Source: an uncultured Aliiroseovarius sp.
Lineage (GTDB): Bacteria > Pseudomonadota > Alphaproteobacteria > Rhodobacterales > Rhodobacteraceae
Assembly (NCBI RefSeq): GCF_947497285.1
Contig: NZ_CANMFT010000004.1
Location: forward strand, 305,595-369,594
DNA: 64,000 nucleotides
Direction: 5' to 3'
Below the pieces are notes generated by a model. That model was not told the DNA's origin. It saw only the letters and a program-made list of their open reading frames with translations, and did no database searches. Shown in pieces: positions 1 to 8,453 of this stretch. Numbering within the stretch: the stretch's first letter is position 1; the number at the start of each line of letters is the position of its first letter. Both the position numbers and the translations under genes were made by a program.

Positions 1-520
1 CACCCTGCGCCAAAGACGAAACGGTGCACCGCCCTTCAAGCTCTTCGGCGATGTAATGCGCGGTGGTCTGACCATCGACGGTGGCGTTCAGCGCCAAAAT
101 AACCTCGGTTACGCCTTCATCGATGACCCGCTGGATCAGACGCGGGATGCCAAGATCTTCGGGACCGATCGCATCCAGCGCCGACAAGGTGCCGCCCAGC
201 ACGTGATAGCGCCCTCTGAACAGGGCGGCCCGTTCCATCGCCCACAGGTCGGCCACATCTTCGACCACGCAAATCTCGCCCACAGCGCGCTTTTCCGACA
301 GGCAGATATCGCAACGATCGGCGGTCGATACGTTGCCGCAGACCACACATTCGCGCGCCGTTTCGGCCACGGCGGCCATCGCGTCCGCCAATGGCGTCAG
401 CACGAGCGCGCGCTTTCGGATCAGATACAGCACCGCCCGCCGGGCCGATCGTGGTCCAAGCCCCGGCAGCTTGGCCATCAGCTCGATCAGGTTCTCGATA
501 TCGCGAGGGGCTTCTGACAT
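1..520 (-). CDS. recR: Recombination protein RecR (5' part; runs off the left edge)
   Basis: Reverse-strand translation from ATG at 520 gives [29 protein letters not shown] (HhH motif), then a C4 zinc finger and Toprim region. Lies directly downstream of ybaB. Not in the ORF track. Confidence 0.95.
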   Translation of the reverse strand, partial: MSEAPRDIENLIELMAKLPGLGPRSARRAVLYLIRKRALVLTPLADAMAAVAETARECVVCGNVSTADRCDICLSEKRAVGEICVVEDVADLWAMERAALFRGRYHVLGGTLSALDAIGPEDLGIPRLIQRVIDEGVTEVILALNATVDGQTTAHYIAEELEGRCTVSSLAQG

Positions 521-533
521 GCGGTGATCTGCC

Positions 534-878
534 TTAGAACGGCAGGTTCATGTCCTTGGGCAGGCCAAGCTCTTCGGTCAGGCGCGACATCTCGCTTTCG
601 CTACGCTCCTGCGCCTTGGCCTGCGCATCCTTGATCGCGGCCAGTATCAGGTCCTCGACCACTTCTTTTTCATCGGGATTAAAGATCGAGGGGTCAATAT
701 CCAGCCCCGTCAACACGCCCTTGGCGGTGGCGGTGGCCCGCACCAGACCTGCGCCGCTTTCACCGACCACGGTTATCGTGGACAGGCTTTCCTGCATATC
801 CGACATTTTGGTCTGCATCTCTTGTGCGGCTTTCATCATCTTGGCCATATCGCCAAGACCACCCAGTCCTTTAAGCAT
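534..878 (-). CDS. ybaB: YbaB/EbfC nucleoid-associated protein
   Basis: 114 aa with GESGAGLV and EDLILAAI motifs, in the canonical dnaX-ybaB-recR order. Confidence 0.95.
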   Translation of the reverse strand: MLKGLGGLGDMAKMMKAAQEMQTKMSDMQESLSTITVVGESGAGLVRATATAKGVLTGLDIDPSIFNPDEKEVVEDLILAAIKDAQAKAQERSESEMSRLTEELGLPKDMNLPF

Positions 879-958
879 GTCACGCTCCTCGATCTTGTGT
901 GTTCAGTTCTAGATACGGTCGGGGCTATCGGCTTACAAGGCGCACCCGTGTGATTGCA

Positions 959-2767
959 TCAACCTTCCTCAAAAGGATCCCATTCGTCTTCGACCTCGGG
1001 CAACGCCTCGGTCGCGGCCTCTTGGGCAAGATCTGCCTCAGTGCGAATTTCGGTGATGCGCGCGGTCGGGAAGGTCGCGATGACGGCCTGCACCAGCGGG
1101 TGTTCCACGGCTTTCTGCTCCAACGCGAGCTTTTCGCCATCCCGCGTCTCAGCGATCGTCGCCACGGCGCAGTCGTTCACCAACGTGACGCCCCAGCGCA
1201 CGCCGGTCCAGCCTTGCAGCCGCTGTGCAAGCCGCGTCGCAAGGTCTGATGGTGCTTTGTCGGTGGGTGTGAATTCGATCCGACCCGGCGCATAGGCTGC
1301 CAAACGCACGCCGCTTTCGACCTCGACCAGCAGCTTCACATCGCGGTTTACACGGATCAGTTCGATCACGTCTTCAAAGCGCGCAAAACGCGCCAAAGAC
1401 ATCTCGGGGGCGAGCGCCACGGCCCTGGCTGTCGCGCCACCGCCTCCGGATGTGCCACCCGATGACGAAACGCCCGACTGCTGACCTATCGACCCACCCG
1501 CTTGGGGCGCCGCACCGCCCAACGACCCGCCAGACGGCGCGGACGGTGAAGACGGGGGTGGAGATGAGGACGGCGGCGGGGCCGGTGCATTCTGCAAGGT
1601 GCGCACAAGGTCTTCCGGCGACGGCAGGTCAGCCACATGGGTCAGGCGAATGATCGCCATTTCAGCCGCCATCATGGCATTGGGTGCATTGGCGACTTCT
1701 TCTATGGATTTCAAAAGCATTTGCCACATCCGCGACAAAACCCGCATCGGCAAGGCCTCGGCCATCGCTTGTCCGCGTGTGCGTTCGTCAGGGGAAACGG
1801 TCGGATCTTCGGCGGCCTCGGGGGTGATCCTGATCACGCTGATCCAGTGGGTCACCTCGGCTAGATCACGCAAGACCGCCATGGGGTCGGCCCCATCGGC
1901 ATATTGCGCGCCCAACTCACTTAGCGCGCCAGCGGCTTCGCCTTTGGCTATCAAGTCGATCAGGTCGAGCACCCGCCCCCGGTCGGCAAGCCCCAACATG
2001 GCGCGCACCTGAATGGCAGTCGTTTCGCCCGCGCCATGGCTGATCGCCTGATCCAGCAGCGATTGCGCATCACGGGCCGAGCCTTCGGCGGCGCGCGTGA
2101 TCAGCGCCAGCGCATCATCGGCGATTGCAGCCCCTTCCGCATCGGCAATCCGGCGCAGCATGGCCAGCATGTCCTCAGGTTCGATCCGGCGCAGGTCAAA
2201 CCGCTGGCAGCGGCTCAGAACCGTGACAGGCACCTTGCGAATCTCGGTGGTCGCAAAAATGAACTTCACATGCTCGGGAGGTTCTTCCAGCGTCTTCAGA
2301 AGCGCGTTGAACGCGTTCTTGGACAGCATGTGAACCTCGTCGATGATATAGATCTTGTAACGCGCCGAGGCCGCCCGATAGTGCACGCTGTCAATGATCT
2401 CGCGGATATCATCGACACCGGTGCGCGAGGCCGCGTCCATCTCCATCACATCCACGTGGCGACCTTCGGCAATTGCCACGCAGTGTTCGCAAGTGCCGCA
2501 GGGCTCGACGGTTGGTCCGCCCGTGCCGTCCGGTCCGATGCAGTTCATACCCTTGGCGATGATCCGCGCCGTCGTGGTTTTGCCCACGCCGCGAATGCCC
2601 GTCATTACAAAGGCCTGCGCGATCCGATCGGCTTCGAACGCGTTCTTGAGCGTGCGCACCATCGCCTCTTGCCCGATCAGATCGGCGAACGTTTCTGGGC
2701 GGTATTTGCGCGCCAGAACCTGATATGGCCGGGCTGCTTGCGCCGTGTCGGGAGTGGTGTCGCTCAT
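959..2767 (-). CDS. dnaX: DNA polymerase III subunit gamma/tau
   Basis: YQVLARKYRP, Walker A GIRGVGKTT, zinc motif CGTCEHC, DEVHML and SRC motif. Start placed at ATG 2767 (track starts at TTG 2773). Confidence 0.97.
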   Translation of the reverse strand: MSDTTPDTAQAARPYQVLARKYRPETFADLIGQEAMVRTLKNAFEADRIAQAFVMTGIRGVGKTTTARIIAKGMNCIGPDGTGGPTVEPCGTCEHCVAIAEGRHVDVMEMDAASRTGVDDIREIIDSVHYRAASARYKIYIIDEVHMLSKNAFNALLKTLEEPPEHVKFIFATTEIRKVPVTVLSRCQRFDLRRIEPEDMLAMLRRIADAEGAAIADDALALITRAAEGSARDAQSLLDQAISHGAGETTAIQVRAMLGLADRGRVLDLIDLIAKGEAAGALSELGAQYADGADPMAVLRDLAEVTHWISVIRITPEAAEDPTVSPDERTRGQAMAEALPMRVLSRMWQMLLKSIEEVANAPNAMMAAEMAIIRLTHVADLPSPEDLVRTLQNAPAPPPSSSPPPSSPSAPSGGSLGGAAPQAGGSIGQQSGVSSSGGTSGGGGATARAVALAPEMSLARFARFEDVIELIRVNRDVKLLVEVESGVRLAAYAPGRIEFTPTDKAPSDLATRLAQRLQGWTGVRWGVTLVNDCAVATIAETRDGEKLALEQKAVEHPLVQAVIATFPTARITEIRTEADLAQEAATEALPEVEDEWDPFEEG

Positions 2768-2849
2768 CGTCAACCTTTGTCGAGATTCGTCCAGTCACAG
2801 AAGACTAAAGCGGGGCGAGGCAGGGGTCCACCAAAGATGCGGTCGCTGG

Positions 2850-3227
2850 TCACAACGCCCACAAGATCCCCCCGACCCCAACCGTTGCCACAGTCATCAA
2901 AGCGGCAAGACGGGTGAAAGACTGTGTCGGTAACGCTTCTGCATCGTTTTCAGATAGCCGCGACAGAGTTTTGCAAGCCTGCCGCCGTGCCGCCCAATAG
3001 ATCACGATCGCTGCCAGCAAGAACAAAGTCGCGACCAGCTTGGCCGCCCAGGTTGGATCAAACGCCCCAAACACGGCCTTTAACCCGATCGCAACACCCA
3101 CCGCGCCAAGGCCGGTTCCCATCCACGCTGAAAACGTGCGCTCGTTGGCCATGATCGTTCGATCCTCGGCCCACCGCGTTCGGATTTCAGCTTTTTCCTC
3201 ATCATCTTTTGCATCGTGACTGGCCAT
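2850..3227 (-). CDS. YidH/DUF202 family small membrane protein
   Basis: DRTIMANERTFSAW motif followed by three hydrophobic segments. Confidence 0.85.
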   Translation of the reverse strand: MASHDAKDDEEKAEIRTRWAEDRTIMANERTFSAWMGTGLGAVGVAIGLKAVFGAFDPTWAAKLVATLFLLAAIVIYWAARRQACKTLSRLSENDAEALPTQSFTRLAALMTVATVGVGGILWAL

Positions 3228-3301
3228 GTTCCGACCCTATCCTGTCAGTTACCTCAGTGCGACCTGATTTGCGGACGCGCGCCAAATGATATCCCCTTGG
3301 A

Positions 3302-4330
3302 CTAACGTCCTTTGCGCTTTCCTGCGCCCTTGGTAACGCTCTTCACCATTTTCGAGAACTTTCGCTGTCGCGCGCGGCTTTCGGCCACCGTCTCGGTGTT
3401 CTTTGCATCACCGGCGCGCAATTTGCGCCAGCGTGCCAAACGGTCCAGATCAAGCTCTCCCGCGTCGATGGCCGCGCGTACGGCACACCCTGGCTCGGTT
3501 TCATGCGCACAGTCGGAAAACCGACATTGGGTTTCCAGCTCGGCCAGATCGTCAAAAACGCTGTCGATCCCCTCGCGGGTGTCCAAAAGACGTAACGCAC
3601 GCATGCCGGGCATATCAATGATCCAACCGCCCTGCAGCATGGGACGCATACTGCGCGAGGTTGTGATATGGCGGCCCTTCGCGTCGTCTTCGCGGACGCC
3701 GCCGGTGTCGGCGTCGCCCCCAGTCAAGCCATTGGTTAGGGTTGTTTTGCCCACGCCGGACGACCCGATAAAGGCCGCCGTTTGCGGGGCTTTGCACCAC
3801 GCCGCCACCGCTGCCGCACCGGATGGGTCGCGGGCGTTGACGGTCAGGATCGTCAGCATCGGGTCAAGGGTCTGTGCCTCGGCCTCGTATCGAAGGGGAT
3901 CATCGCACAGGTCCGCTTTTGTCAGGACCAGAACAGGATAACATCCAGCCTCATGTGCCAGTGCCAAAAACCGTTCGATCCGGGCAATGTTGAAATCATC
4001 ATTGCACGAGGTCACGATAAACAGCGTATCGACATTCGCCGCGATCAGCTGCGTATGTGCATCGGTCCCGGCGGCACGTCGTTGAAGCAGTGATTTTCGC
4101 TCCAAACATCGTTGTATGCGAAGCTCTGGGTCGGCCAAAACCCAATCGCCAACCGCCAATTCGCCGGCCACGATCTTGGGAGAGGTCAGGGTGACCTCGC
4201 CCGCCTCGCCCAGCGCATTCATGCGGCTGCGGTGAATGTCGGTGATCCGGTAAGGGGTCAAGTCGGCAGCGTCGTCGCGCTGCGCTTCGAAGAAAGGGGA
4301 CCAACCAAGGTCCGTAAGTGTGTGTGTCAT
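3302..4330 (-). CDS. rsgA: RsgA/EngC-family ribosome small subunit-dependent GTPase ('LGW' N-terminus type)
   Basis: Circularly permuted G motifs (TKAD, GSSGVGKTT, DMPG), GRHITT and zinc finger CRFSDCAHETEPGC. Start placed at ATG 4330 (MTHTLTDLGW). Confidence 0.93.
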   Translation of the reverse strand: MTHTLTDLGWSPFFEAQRDDAADLTPYRITDIHRSRMNALGEAGEVTLTSPKIVAGELAVGDWVLADPELRIQRCLERKSLLQRRAAGTDAHTQLIAANVDTLFIVTSCNDDFNIARIERFLALAHEAGCYPVLVLTKADLCDDPLRYEAEAQTLDPMLTILTVNARDPSGAAAVAAWCKAPQTAAFIGSSGVGKTTLTNGLTGGDADTGGVREDDAKGRHITTSRSMRPMLQGGWIIDMPGMRALRLLDTREGIDSVFDDLAELETQCRFSDCAHETEPGCAVRAAIDAGELDLDRLARWRKLRAGDAKNTETVAESRARQRKFSKMVKSVTKGAGKRKGR

Positions 4331-4331
4331 T

Positions 4332-4438
4332 GGTCTGCCTGTTTCAGCATGGCATTGCACCCCGCGCGCAAACGCGGCTTGGGGTGTGCGTGCTCAGGCA
4401 GAAATGGGTCAAACCCGTTTAGCAATTTCCTGCCCGAA
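4332..4438 (-). promoter_or_regulatory. Candidate translational attenuator with mutually exclusive hairpins controlling the rsgA SD
   Basis: Segment UCUGCCUGAG can pair with the SD-containing CAGGCAGA just upstream of the rsgA ATG. Alternatively it pairs with UUCGGGCAG(G)AAAU in the leader ORF. Confidence 0.65.
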
Positions 4439-4457
4439 GGGTGATGAGAACAGTCAT
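4419..4457 (-). CDS. Putative 12-aa leader peptide MTVLITLRAGNC upstream of rsgA
   Basis: SD GGAGGG (4463-4468), 5-nt spacer, ATG at 4457, TAA at 4419-4421. Its 3' half is complementary to the anti-SD arm of the rsgA leader. Confidence 0.7.
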   Translation of the reverse strand: MTVLITLRAGNC

Positions 4458-4508
4458 GAAGTCCCTCCGTTTGTTGGCGGCCCGTGGTGGTTTCGGGCTT
4501 TTGGGCGG

Positions 4509-4638
4509 CTGTCCCTCTCGGCAAAACTCCGTTTCGCCTGTCGGGGTTTCAAATTCTGCGAATTTGAAACTGTTCTGTCCCTCTCGACAAAACTCCGTTT
4601 TGCCTGTCGGGGTTTCAAATTCTGCGAATTTGAAACTG
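4509..4638. repeat. Tandem direct repeat, 2 x 64 bp (period 66 bp), each copy with two hairpins
   Basis: 4509-4572 and 4575-4638 are identical at 62/64 positions. Each contains the perfect inverted repeat GTTTCAAATTC-tgc-GAATTTGAAAC. Confidence 0.95.
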
Positions 4639-4641
4639 GGT

Positions 4642-4734
4642 GAGAGGCTGAACACGACCCAAGCGGGGCTCGTTGTGGCTGCTTCCTTCCGGACCTGACC
4701 AGATTGGCGAGGTGCCTGCCCGCGCCAACCTCTC
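4642..4734 (-). ncRNA. ffs: Signal recognition particle (4.5S) RNA
   Basis: Reverse strand contains the conserved domain IV GGTCAGGTCCGGAAGGAAGCAGCC. The termini GAGAGG/CCTCTC pair. Lies upstream of dnaX as is usual for ffs. Ends are approximate. Confidence 0.96.
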
Positions 4735-4772
4735 GCCTCTCATATATGAGGCACTCACAAGCGATGCAAGCC

Positions 4773-6737
4773 TCAGAGTTCCATCTCGTAATGTGCAAAA
4801 CCTTTTGCGTCGCGCGCCGTCACGCAATCGATCGACAGCCAGGGGTATTTCTGGACGGCCGTCGCGGCGCGCGGCGAGGACTTGAACATGATGCTGGCCC
4901 CCGGCACATTCGCAAATCTCCAGATCGGTGCAGGGGACACCTCGATCACCTCGTTTCGTTCCACAAAAGCCTTCAGAACGTCGCGTATGGCAATCGGTGG
5001 CGTTGGCATGATCCGGTCGGCCGGCGCGACCGGAAAGCCACCACCGCCGCGCGCCCTGAAATCACTGGTCGCCAAAAGGAACTCGTCATCATCGTGCACG
5101 GCCTGAGCGTTATGACAAAGATCAATGATGCGACCAGCTGCCAGCCCAGACGCGGCCCCGGCGGGCGTGAACCGCGCGGGCTGTGACAGATCAACCTGAT
5201 AGGTCAACCCGAACACCGCCTCGAGCAGATAGCCCGGTGTCGCATCTTCTTTCAGCGCGACTCGACGGTCGCCCGGAAGCACTTGGTTGTAGATGCTGAC
5301 AGAGCGCTCCAGCCAATCTTTCAGATAGGCGCCAGTCGCGCGCACAAGGATCAACTCGTTCGGAAAGATATACAGATCTGATACCGACCGCAGCGTGATG
5401 TCGCCTGCTGGAACGTCGGAGTAATAATTCGCCCCCCCCAACCCGCCCGACTTGAACGGCGCGCTTGAGGCAAGAACGGGCAGCACCTCACCCGCCATAT
5501 CTTGCTGAATCTGATGCGCGTAATCCGCCATCGCCACCTGCACAAGGCGCGTGGCATTGTCGGCCCCCACCAAGGCAAGATAGGTATCGAGATCTTCCAG
5601 ACTGTGACCCACCCGCGTTCGCATGTGGCTGAGTGTCTTTTCATGTAAGCCATCCAGAAGGGTCGGCAAGTCTGGGGCAGATGCGGGTGTCGGTGGTGTG
5701 TGCGGTTTTCGCAGCGTTGACGGCGTCTTGACCACGCTGTTCGCCGGCGTTCGATCCGCCCCTGTCACGGCACGCAGATCGACCTTGGCCGAGCTTACCT
5801 GCCAGCGCCCGTCCTGATGGGTCAGGTCAAGATCAACGATTCCAAGATGGGACCCCCAGAACCCCGGCATCACCGTGGGTATGCCGTTCAGTCGCCCCTC
5901 GGTCGAATTCGGGCCATGGGCCGCGTGATCACCAGCCGGAAACACCTGATGGGTGTGACCGCCCACAATCGCATCAATCCCATCCAGTCGTGACAACGGC
6001 ACAAGGGCGTTTTCCATGTTGGGAACATGCGTGCTGCCGCCCAGCCCTGAATGGGCAAGCACGATGACGATGTCGGCACCGTTCTGACGCATCAGCGGAA
6101 CATAGGCGCGTGCTGTTTCGACGATATCGCGTGTCTCGGGCAGGTTATCTTGCCCACTGCCTTGTCGCAGCGATCCCGGAGGCAGCAGACCAAGCACTCC
6201 GATCCCAAGATCGCCCACCGCCCCGCCTGTGTCTGTGACCTTGCGGTGCAGGATCGTGAACGGGGGCATAAGTGTTGTGTCTTGGGTCGGACACGCGGCG
6301 CGCCTGAGAACTGAATTTGCAGACAGAACTGGAAAACTTGCCTGTCCGATCGCCCCCAGCAGCACATCGACCCCACGGTCGAAATCATGGTTGCCCAGAT
6401 TTGCCGCGTCATAGTCCAGATGGTTCATCGCAGCAATCATTGGATGGGTGGCAACATCGATGGCAGGCGCATCGTCCAACCCGGCCCGCTCCAGCACAAG
6501 ATCGCCCATCGCCGTCCCATGCAGAAAATCGCCATTATCCAGCAGGATCGAGTTGGGCACTTGCTGTCGGGCTGCGTGGATCAGACACGCGGTATTCGCC
6601 AATCCCCACTGGTCCACGCGATTGTCAGACAGGTAGTCGTAGGGGAGAATATGCATGTGCAGGTCTGTCGTCGCCATTACGCGCAACGTTGTGTGAGGGG
6701 GCACGGGCCTTGCGTCACGATTTCGAATGGATTTCAA
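4773..6737 (-). CDS. cpdB: CpdB-like 2',3'-cyclic-nucleotide 2'-phosphodiesterase / 5'-nucleotidase family protein
   Basis: Metallophosphoesterase motifs TTDLH, DNGD, GNHDF, AHSG and GGHTH, plus a C-terminal nucleotidase domain (SAPFK). Start is uncertain (TTG 6737 chosen). No signal peptide visible. Confidence 0.85.
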   Translation of the reverse strand: MKSIRNRDARPVPPHTTLRVMATTDLHMHILPYDYLSDNRVDQWGLANTACLIHAARQQVPNSILLDNGDFLHGTAMGDLVLERAGLDDAPAIDVATHPMIAAMNHLDYDAANLGNHDFDRGVDVLLGAIGQASFPVLSANSVLRRAACPTQDTTLMPPFTILHRKVTDTGGAVGDLGIGVLGLLPPGSLRQGSGQDNLPETRDIVETARAYVPLMRQNGADIVIVLAHSGLGGSTHVPNMENALVPLSRLDGIDAIVGGHTHQVFPAGDHAAHGPNSTEGRLNGIPTVMPGFWGSHLGIVDLDLTHQDGRWQVSSAKVDLRAVTGADRTPANSVVKTPSTLRKPHTPPTPASAPDLPTLLDGLHEKTLSHMRTRVGHSLEDLDTYLALVGADNATRLVQVAMADYAHQIQQDMAGEVLPVLASSAPFKSGGLGGANYYSDVPAGDITLRSVSDLYIFPNELILVRATGAYLKDWLERSVSIYNQVLPGDRRVALKEDATPGYLLEAVFGLTYQVDLSQPARFTPAGAASGLAAGRIIDLCHNAQAVHDDDEFLLATSDFRARGGGGFPVAPADRIMPTPPIAIRDVLKAFVERNEVIEVSPAPIWRFANVPGASIMFKSSPRAATAVQKYPWLSIDCVTARDAKGFAHYEMEL

Positions 6738-6946
6738 CGTCGACAAACCTTGTCTTCTGGAACAAATTCGGGGCCAACATGTTAGCCGCAACCTCACACT
6801 AGGCTTCTGACAACGGAAATGCCATCTGGGCGAGTGGGAAACAAACTGTTTTCTATCTTTGCGTGTTTTTTGAGGCGCAAAACTGGATGGTATTCGTCCG
6901 TGATCCTGCTAGCGTGCATCGGGCTTTGAACCGACGCGAGGGTCTG

Positions 6947-7912
6947 ATGAAAATTGCCGAAGAGGTCACATTCGGGGCGGGTCTGCTGAACCGCTTGGCT
7001 GAAATCAGAGGCAACCAAGGCGCCATCGAAGATCGCATCAAGAAGGGTAGAATCCTTCCCCTCTGGCGCGGCAAACCGCTGCTCAGGCCCGATCTGGATG
7101 GCCGACAAAGCCTTGCGTTTCTGTCAGCCGACCATGCCGTTCTGCAAGACCGGTTGGACCGGTGCGTGTATCTTGGCGACACTGAAACCAGCCCCGTCTT
7201 TGCCGTAGACATCTCGGACCTGACACCAGAGGGCGAATTGCCCGGCGCAGATGAGTTTCTTGACCTCAGTTTGCAACATCTAACTGGCACGCCTGAAGAT
7301 CACAGCTTTGGCGAGCTGCGCGGTGTGATGGCGCAACTCACTCAGCTTGAAGCCGAAATAGCGGCCACCGCACGAGGCATATTGGAGTGGCACCGCATTC
7401 ACCGGTTCTGCGCCAATTGCGGCGAGATGAGCGATGTCATCATGAGCGGATGGCAGCGCCGCTGCAATAGCTGCGGTCGAATGCACTTTCCACGCACCGA
7501 TCCTGTGGTAATCATGCTGATCACGCATGGCAATTCGGCTTTGATTGGGCGCAATGAAAACTGGCCGCCGCGCATGTATTCACTGCTTGCAGGCTTCATG
7601 GAGCCCGGCGAAACGATCGAAGCTGCCACCCGGCGTGAAGTGTTTGAAGAAACCGGTGTGCGTGTCGATCGGGTCGACTATCTGGCCTCGCAGCCCTGGC
7701 CCTATCCAGCGTCGTTGATGATCGGAACACGCGGGCTTGCGACCACGACCGATATCACTCTTGACCCCATCGAACTGGAAGGCGCCCTTTGGGTGTCGCG
7801 CGAAGACATGCTGGAGGTGTTTGCCGGCCGTCATCCGGACATTGCCGCAGCGCGAAAAGGTTCTATCGCGCATTTTCTTTTGACAAACTGGCTTGCGGAC
7901 AGGCTGGATTAA
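6947..7912 (+). CDS. nudC: NAD(+) diphosphatase NudC
   Basis: Zinc ribbon FCANCG...CNSCG, FPRTDP, Nudix box GETIEAATRREVFEETG and SQPWPYP. Start moved to ATG 6947. Confidence 0.95.
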   Translation: MKIAEEVTFGAGLLNRLAEIRGNQGAIEDRIKKGRILPLWRGKPLLRPDLDGRQSLAFLSADHAVLQDRLDRCVYLGDTETSPVFAVDISDLTPEGELPGADEFLDLSLQHLTGTPEDHSFGELRGVMAQLTQLEAEIAATARGILEWHRIHRFCANCGEMSDVIMSGWQRRCNSCGRMHFPRTDPVVIMLITHGNSALIGRNENWPPRMYSLLAGFMEPGETIEAATRREVFEETGVRVDRVDYLASQPWPYPASLMIGTRGLATTTDITLDPIELEGALWVSREDMLEVFAGRHPDIAAARKGSIAHFLLTNWLADRLD

Positions 7913-7960
7913 GACCACATTCCTGCCCCAGAATATTGGGCAGACAGAGGGCCTTTCACA

Positions 7961-8434
7961 ATGAAATTTGCGACACGCGAAGACATCGAAGCCACCATCG
8001 AACAGGCCTTTGAAGCGGTTTCGGACTTCGATGGGCTGGAGCGCGCGGCGCTGCGGCGGGGCGCCGAGGTAAGCCGAACCGATACGCTTAGCGTGCCGGG
8101 TGCCGGGATGCGTTGGCAGGCCAAGTTTCCCTATCGCAACCGTGACCGGATCGCGGATATGGAAATGATGACCTACGATGCGCCCAATGCGCTGGCAATG
8201 CTGTCCAAAGTGTCTGGTATGGAAGCGCTTGTCGAAATTGATTTCGTCGAATTGTCGCGCAACCGCACCCGGATGAATATGAGCATCGACATTCGTCCGA
8301 AAACAATACCAGCGCGCCTGTTGCTGCAATCCGCAAGACTGGCGCGGTCAAATCTGGCCCGGCGGTTCAAGCACCGTGTGGCGACCTATGCACGCACCAT
8401 CGAAGGGCGCGTTCGTGCGCGGCAGGCTGGATAG
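7961..8434 (+). CDS. Conserved hypothetical protein, probably SRPBCC/START-like fold
   Basis: 157-aa ORF with coding-like composition. The pattern IEQAFEAVSDF resembles SRPBCC N-termini (from memory). Confidence 0.6.
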   Translation: MKFATREDIEATIEQAFEAVSDFDGLERAALRRGAEVSRTDTLSVPGAGMRWQAKFPYRNRDRIADMEMMTYDAPNALAMLSKVSGMEALVEIDFVELSRNRTRMNMSIDIRPKTIPARLLLQSARLARSNLARRFKHRVATYARTIEGRVRARQAG

Positions 8435-8453
8435 CACTGGCCGTGCTCAGCGC

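Noticed and set aside
959-2767. Programmed -1 frameshift in dnaX
   Set aside because: No A-AAA-AAG or long A-run slippery site was seen by eye on the coding strand.
4509-4638. CRISPR array interpretation of the palindromic repeats
   Set aside because: Only two copies, separated by 2 nt with no spacer. The unit is 64 bp and there are no cas genes in the window.
4320-4698. ORF-track ORFs 4320-4643, 4419-4655 and 4441-4698 with repeated peptides (e.g. FKFAEFET)
   Set aside because: These are translations of the DNA repeat and overlap ffs or its flank without an SD. Only the last 12 codons of 4419-4655 have their own SD and ATG.
4642-4734. ffs as an integration site with a duplicated 3' end
   Set aside because: I saw no second copy of the ffs 3' end and no integrase on the dnaX side.
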